Positions 63,934 to 64,000 of a stretch of 64,000 nucleotides of DNA are shown in pieces. Every line of letters begins with the position of its first letter. Within the stretch, counting starts at the first letter, position 1. The stretch lies in NCBI GenBank assembly GCA_963668185.1, contig OY764162.1, positions 530,800-594,799 on the forward strand, given 5' to 3'. The stretch is from Dehalococcoidia bacterium. Its GTDB lineage: Bacteria > Chloroflexota > Dehalococcoidia > Lucifugimonadales > G963668185. The position numbers and the translations under genes were made by a program. The notes beneath the pieces are model-generated. The model did not search any database. It saw only the letters and a list, made by a program, of their open reading frames with translations, and was not told where the DNA came from.

Positions 63934-64000
63934 ATGCGCTACTCGCGGCACATCGTGTTGGCTTTCCTCGGGGCGATAGTCCTGGCGAGCTTCCTTGCGC
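63934..64000 (+). CDS. Uncharacterised lipoprotein family, paralog 3 (3' end off-window)
   Basis: ATG 63934 follows GGAGGC. MRYSRHIVLAFLGAIVLASFLA parallels MRYTRHILLAFLGPAIASCALL of paralog 1, and about 110 nt of upstream sequence is conserved. Confidence 0.55.
   Translation, partial: MRYSRHIVLAFLGAIVLASFLA

Overview
No database or folding tool was run; every call rests on reading the translations and the DNA by eye. The window is a GC-rich (above 60% by eye) bacterial chromosomal segment. Gene content and the abundant GC-rich intergenic repeats point to a Chloroflexota-like heterotroph, possibly marine SAR202-type, but that taxonomic guess is low confidence. I support about 58 protein genes, 2 tRNAs (His-GTG, Arg-TCG), one IS481-family insertion sequence, one frameshifted solute-binding gene, four type II toxin-antitoxin pairs (VapBC-like, HicAB, BrnTA, HigBA) and several dispersed intergenic repeat families.

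Layout:
- 0-19 kb: methyl-group, osmolyte and organosulfur metabolism. Genes are soxA/soxG, two PuuE-like deacetylases, three tandem homocysteine S-methyltransferase paralogs, a MetE-like Zn methyltransferase, three flavin monooxygenases, a rhodanese and an OsmC protein.
- 21.8-32 kb: an eight-gene minus-strand catabolic cluster headed by a Rieske oxygenase.
- 32-40.5 kb: an accessory-looking island bracketed by inverted Rieske-oxygenase paralogs. It holds a Kv-like K+ channel, a Fic protein behind an AT-rich iterated motif, a two-gene membrane module with a Cys-rich loop, and tandem lipoprotein paralogs of no recognised family.
- 41.9-56.3 kb: NfeD/SPFH and HicAB, then housekeeping genes (uvrC, xer, lgt, recJ, fabF, mtaB).
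- 56.3-64 kb: BrnTA, two tRNAs, a thioester-containing alpha-2-macroglobulin lipoprotein, HigBA, an alpha/beta hydrolase, and the start of a third lipoprotein paralog.

The most unusual signal is the uncharacterised lipoprotein family. Its two complete tandem copies are divergent for most of their length and then near-identical over the last ~480 bp. Two family members 27 kb apart share a repeat-embedded promoter, leader and signal-peptide cassette. An orphan 24-nt copy of the gene's 3' end lies downstream of the second copy. The adjacent repeat-bracketed membrane module is the second candidate for something undescribed.
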